A program made the translations under genes and the position numbers. From NCBI GenBank assembly GCA_018985225.1, contig JADGIF010000234.1, positions 1 to 13,376 of the forward strand: DNA of 13,376 bases, written 5' to 3'. The notes beneath the pieces are model-generated. The model saw only the letters and a program-made list of their open reading frames with translations, was not told where the DNA came from and made no database searches. Below are positions 9,952-13,376 of this stretch, one piece after another. The stretch comes from Amoeboradix gromovi X-113 (Eukaryota; Fungi; Sanchytriomycota). Within the stretch, counting starts at the first letter, position 1, and each line of letters opens with the position of its first letter.

Positions 9952-10361
9952 AATACTAATAATATGCTTTTGTCTCTGCCTCTTTTTTTATTAAAAGAAA
10001 TGAGTCTTCATCTTTTAATGTAAATTTTGATTCATTGTGATTTTTGCCCAACATTTCTTCAATTTTTAGGCTTGAAGAGCTCTCTAAAATTACATTACCT
10101 TTCGTAACATTCGTTGTAGACTCAATCTTAGCTTTACGACTAGCGTTATTTTTTATCTCGTAGTAATAATCAGTATCCTGAACTTCAAAAGCAGCATCTA
10201 ATTGCTCTCCATTAGTTTTTTCTTTAAATATAGCTATTTGTAGTTGATAAACATTTTTTTGTTTTGCTATCTAGGCTTTTAGGTCACCTATATCTAAGTT
10301 TTCTTCAGATATGAGTTTTAAAACTTTCTAAAGTATTTCGTTCACGTAAGTATACTTTCAT
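9952..10361 (-). pseudogene. Disrupted ubiquitin-like N-terminal header and linker of the Crinkler-like gene
   Basis: ATG at 10361: MKVYLRERNTL / KVLKLISEENLDIGDLKA*IAKQKNVYQLQIAIFKEKTNGEQLDAAFEVQDTDYYYEIK..KKEAE / QKHIISILKQLL. Frameshifts at about 10325 and 9975, TAG at 10271-10273. DIGDLKxxI is a beta-grasp/Ubl helix signature. Confidence 0.65.
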
Positions 10362-10467
10362 GTGTTACAAGGAATAAACTAAATTATTATTTTTTTCTAT
10401 TATATTATATTGTTTAAAAATCAAATTTGAAACAGTCTAATTACTACCAAGATAAATTTATTTTTCA

Positions 10468-10679
10468 AGTCTCGATTTTACAGAGCAATATAGGTGAAAC
10501 CAATCCTAGTCTCGTTTTCATAGAGTAACTTCAAAATTACATTCAATAACATACCATTTTAAGAGTTGTGCTCTGAACATCTTCAAACAAAGATCAGAAA
10601 ATACCCTTTGATTACCACTATTCAAAATCGTCAATTTTGCTTTTTCAAATTTTCTGAGATAGTCTCGTTTTCACAGAGT
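10468..10679. repeat. Three dispersed direct copies of an 18-bp motif AGTCTCGtTTTcAcAGAG
   Basis: agtctcgattttacagag 10468-10485, agtctcgttttcatagag 10508-10525, agtctcgttttcacagag 10661-10678. Copies 2 and 3 match at 19/20 when one flanking base on each side is included. Confidence 0.8.
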
Positions 10680-11169
10680 GCGTCCCATTTGTTGGATTTA
10701 CTGACAAATCGATTAATATGGGAAAATTATGATATATTAACAAAATAATAAACTTGTAATAAACTATGAATCTTTCGCAATCTTTTTCATTTTATTATTT
10801 TAAAATTGATTTAAATCGACGGAGTTGTGACTTGGACCTTTCCAACTTTCAATGGAGAAATATTTCTTCGGGAGTCTACTTTTTTACTTTAAAGATTTCT
10901 TTTAAATAACTTTGATGAAATCAATGATTGGTTTTTTAATTATCATCCCCAAAAAGGGAAACATTATGGAATATTTTCAATATCATCTACGAATGGGAAA
11001 ATGGTCATATAGTTTAGAATTTGAAAGAATATATGAAAACCGGGAAGTTATATTCTTTGAATTTCCTTCGGGAAATCCCCTGTGGGTTGTCAGAAGCACA
11101 GACAGCGACTGCGTCAATTGAATCCCACTCTACGAGAGAGCCATGTAACTATAATCACTAGTATCCATA

Positions 11170-11520
11170 GAGAAGTGAATGACCAAAGAGCCAATACATA
11201 TATAAGTGAGAATATTGATTGAATGACTAGCTATTGGAGTAAATGAATACATACATGAAATAGAACCCTGATTGACCTATCAGCTATTGAAGTAACTGAA
11301 TAGTCACACAGCCATTAAGAATATTATGAACAAGAATTAGAGATGGAATGCATTCTTATATGTGACTGCAAAGGTCTGTACTATGGATCAAGAAGCATAG
11401 ATGGAATCTAATACGTGAATGAATTGGGAGGTATTTCATATGAATGATCAGAGATGGAATGAAATCCTATCAGAGAATGAAGTGGAAGATATCCTGTATT
11501 ATTGATCAAGAGAGAATGAG
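11170..11520 (+). repeat. Degenerate purine-rich tandem repeat tract, possibly a decayed repeat-protein gene
   Basis: 11229-11249 vs 11282-11302 match 19/21; 11339-11359 vs 11450-11470 match 18/21; 11376-11393 vs 11494-11511 match 16/18. Every frame is interrupted by stops. Confidence 0.55.
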
Positions 11521-12222
11521 TATTTAATGAAATAAAATACATTGTTTATGAACAACCATTGTAAGTTATTGTACACAATTAGAACAAGTATCCAACCCAA
11601 ATAGAATTATAAAGGATTAACTGCAGATGAAAATTCAATGAACTCAGATGAACTATACAAATATGATATATAATAAAGATGAATCCGTTGCTTCAAATCA
11701 CATTTATGTGTCATATTATTTCTTGGCTTTCTATACTCACAGAATTATTAGCTGTATATCGGGTAAGGATTAAAATGCAGAGAGTTATTCAGCGCAAAAG
11801 GAATAGCTTGAACCACCTTATATATCAGAATCGATTCATTCACCTTTTAATAAGCTACTACTCTCTGCTCGTCTTCTATCTTTCATATGTCTTGGATTTC
11901 GAATAGCATCTGGGATTTAAGTATACTTGCTATTCGTTCAACGATACTTTACAATCTCATTCATTTCTTTTCTTACGGTTTGGTTATTCATGGATCTCAT
12001 GAACCGATACGAGTTTCAGGAATCAAAGAAAAAATATGAATTAATTTGAAATAAATTAATAAGAGTATTATGGAATTCGTATTTTTACGAGACAAGTTCA
12101 CCAATGATATATGTGGAATGGTAATATTTGGATAACTGCTAAAAAAAAGGAGTTTAGATTTTACGTCTATTTTTTTCATAGTCGTTACATAATATTTTAC
12201 GGGCTCATAAAAAAAAAATAAA

Positions 12223-12486
12223 ATGGCAAGTTTTAAACGTAAACTCTCTAAAAGGAAAAGACAAGAACTATTGTCTGAACTCTTTTGGAATGTATATCCC
12301 AAAAGAGATGACGATAATACCCCGCTTGATATACATGGGTGTATTTATGTGAATAATGGTAGAATAGATTTTAAAACCTCTAATTTTGCACTTACAGAGG
12401 ATAAATATGTATTACTAATGGATTTGAACAAGTATGGCAATTTTATTGACTATGAAACTAATATTCTACGGCTTGTAGCATTGTAG
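12223..12486 (+). CDS. Small hypothetical protein with basic NLS-like N-terminus
   Basis: 87-aa ORF with an A-rich aaaATGG start context and KRKLSKRKR near the N-terminus. No family recognised. Confidence 0.35.
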   Translation: MASFKRKLSKRKRQELLSELFWNVYPKRDDDNTPLDIHGCIYVNNGRIDFKTSNFALTEDKYVLLMDLNKYGNFIDYETNILRLVAL

Positions 12487-12735
12487 TGTTACTACCATTA
12501 CCATTGTAAAATAAATAGATGAAAAGTTAAAATTTGCGGGAAAATAGTGATCAAAAGATCTATTTATTGAACTATTCTTTTCTAGTATCTACTTCTAAAA
12601 CAAATTATATCTTCCATTGTGCTTCTTTACATATACTTCAAGGAAGATTTCTTCAGTTTTATTTTACCAAAATTCTCTTTGAATCCATAAATGCCATACT
12701 ATGATTGTAAAATCAATAGATAAATTTATTATTTA

Positions 12736-13267
12736 TTACAATTCATTCATCATCTTCCCAAACTTTATGCTCTTTGTCATTTTCACTTAATTTACTAATA
12801 ATTGGCTCTAAAATACTCTCAATTTCTTTCTTCTTCTCTTCATAATCCTCTTTTAAGGCATAGTCCAGCTCAATCCCACAGCGCTGATTGTCTCTTTATT
12901 GTCAGCACTTAATTTCCTGTCCAAATCTCCATTTAATTGTTATTGAATAGATACTGATCCAACCATCTCCTTTGCATCCTGAAAATCTTCAACCAGCTTT
13001 TGAATCTCATAGATGCTTAATCTTTCACTATAAATTTCAACGGTAAGTTCTCTTGTCAGGCATAAAAAGTTCATTTAAAAATATCTCGCCATCAATCCTA
13101 AAATGAGACACCCCCCCCAATAATATTGACTTCACCTTTATCCATCTTGTCAAGAAATAAGCAATAGCTGCGGCTGTAGGTTTATTTAAAATTTAATCCG
13201 GCAATGACACCTGCATCTTATGCCTTTCCTAATAAAAGAATGGCAAAGAGAATGCAAAAGCTTTCAT
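12736..13267 (-). pseudogene. KAR2: ER HSP70 (BiP/Kar2) pseudogene with heavy internal deletions
   Basis: Collinear fragments: MKAFAFSL (signal-like), KDAGVIAGLN, ILNKPTAAAIAY, LDKMDKGEVNII, GGG.VS, IDGEIF, LTVEIY.ER, LSIYEIQKLVE, QLNGDLDRKLSADNKETISAV, LKEDYEEKKKEIESILEPIISKL, and EDDEL* after removing a 4-bp TGAA duplication at 12742-12749. Confidence 0.85.
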
Positions 13268-13376
13268 ACACCAGTAAATCAAAGAAGATGTAGTTGTTGG
13301 AACAGTTCAGCAAGACAAGAGTCAGGGAGACTGTCCATAGATTACACTTCAAAGAAATGCAGTGTCTGTAAAAACT

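Noticed and set aside
10468-11520. CRISPR array
   Set aside because: Repeats are short, diverged and irregularly spaced; no cas genes; the context is eukaryotic.
10760-12200. ORFs 10912-11121, 11679-11906, 11997-12302 and stop-riddled frames at 10766-11020 (+) and 11750-12000 (-)
   Set aside because: Short, AT-driven compositions with no recognisable family.
1-13376. Alternative genetic code (TAA/TAG read as Gln) explaining the in-frame stops
   Set aside because: The long ORFs (556, 425, 387, 296 aa) contain no internal TAA/TAG, use CAA/CAG for Gln, and several end naturally at TAA/TAG. Frameshifts accompany the stops, so decay is the simpler explanation.

Overview
AT-rich, apparently intron-poor eukaryotic DNA. 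The eukaryotic call is inferred from an ER-type HSP70 relic ending in DDEL, a signal-peptide/GPI-type protein, a Sola-like DDD transposase and a Crinkler-like gene; an early-diverging fungus or fungus-like parasite is plausible but cannot be proven from this window. The window reads as an accessory 'effector island and graveyard' in which every recognisable gene lies on the minus strand. Two genes are intact: a secreted, probably GPI-anchored Cys-rich saposin-like protein (2710-3543) and a 556-aa protein with a Cys/His cluster and a C-terminal H-Y-type ADP-ribosyltransferase-like domain (4064-5734). Four are disrupted: a Sola-like transposase (6023-7743, one nonsense codon and one frameshift); a PPPDE/DeSI-like permuted papain peptidase not visible in the ORF track (about 7830-8417); a Crinkler-type ubiquitin-like + PD-(D/E)xK nuclease + kinase gene with a broken 5' header (8788-10361); and a BiP/Kar2 pseudogene collapsed by many internal deletions (12736-13267). 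There is also a three-copy 18-bp motif upstream of the Crinkler gene and a decayed repeat tract with a period of about 110 nt. All family calls come from motifs recognised by eye; no database search was run.
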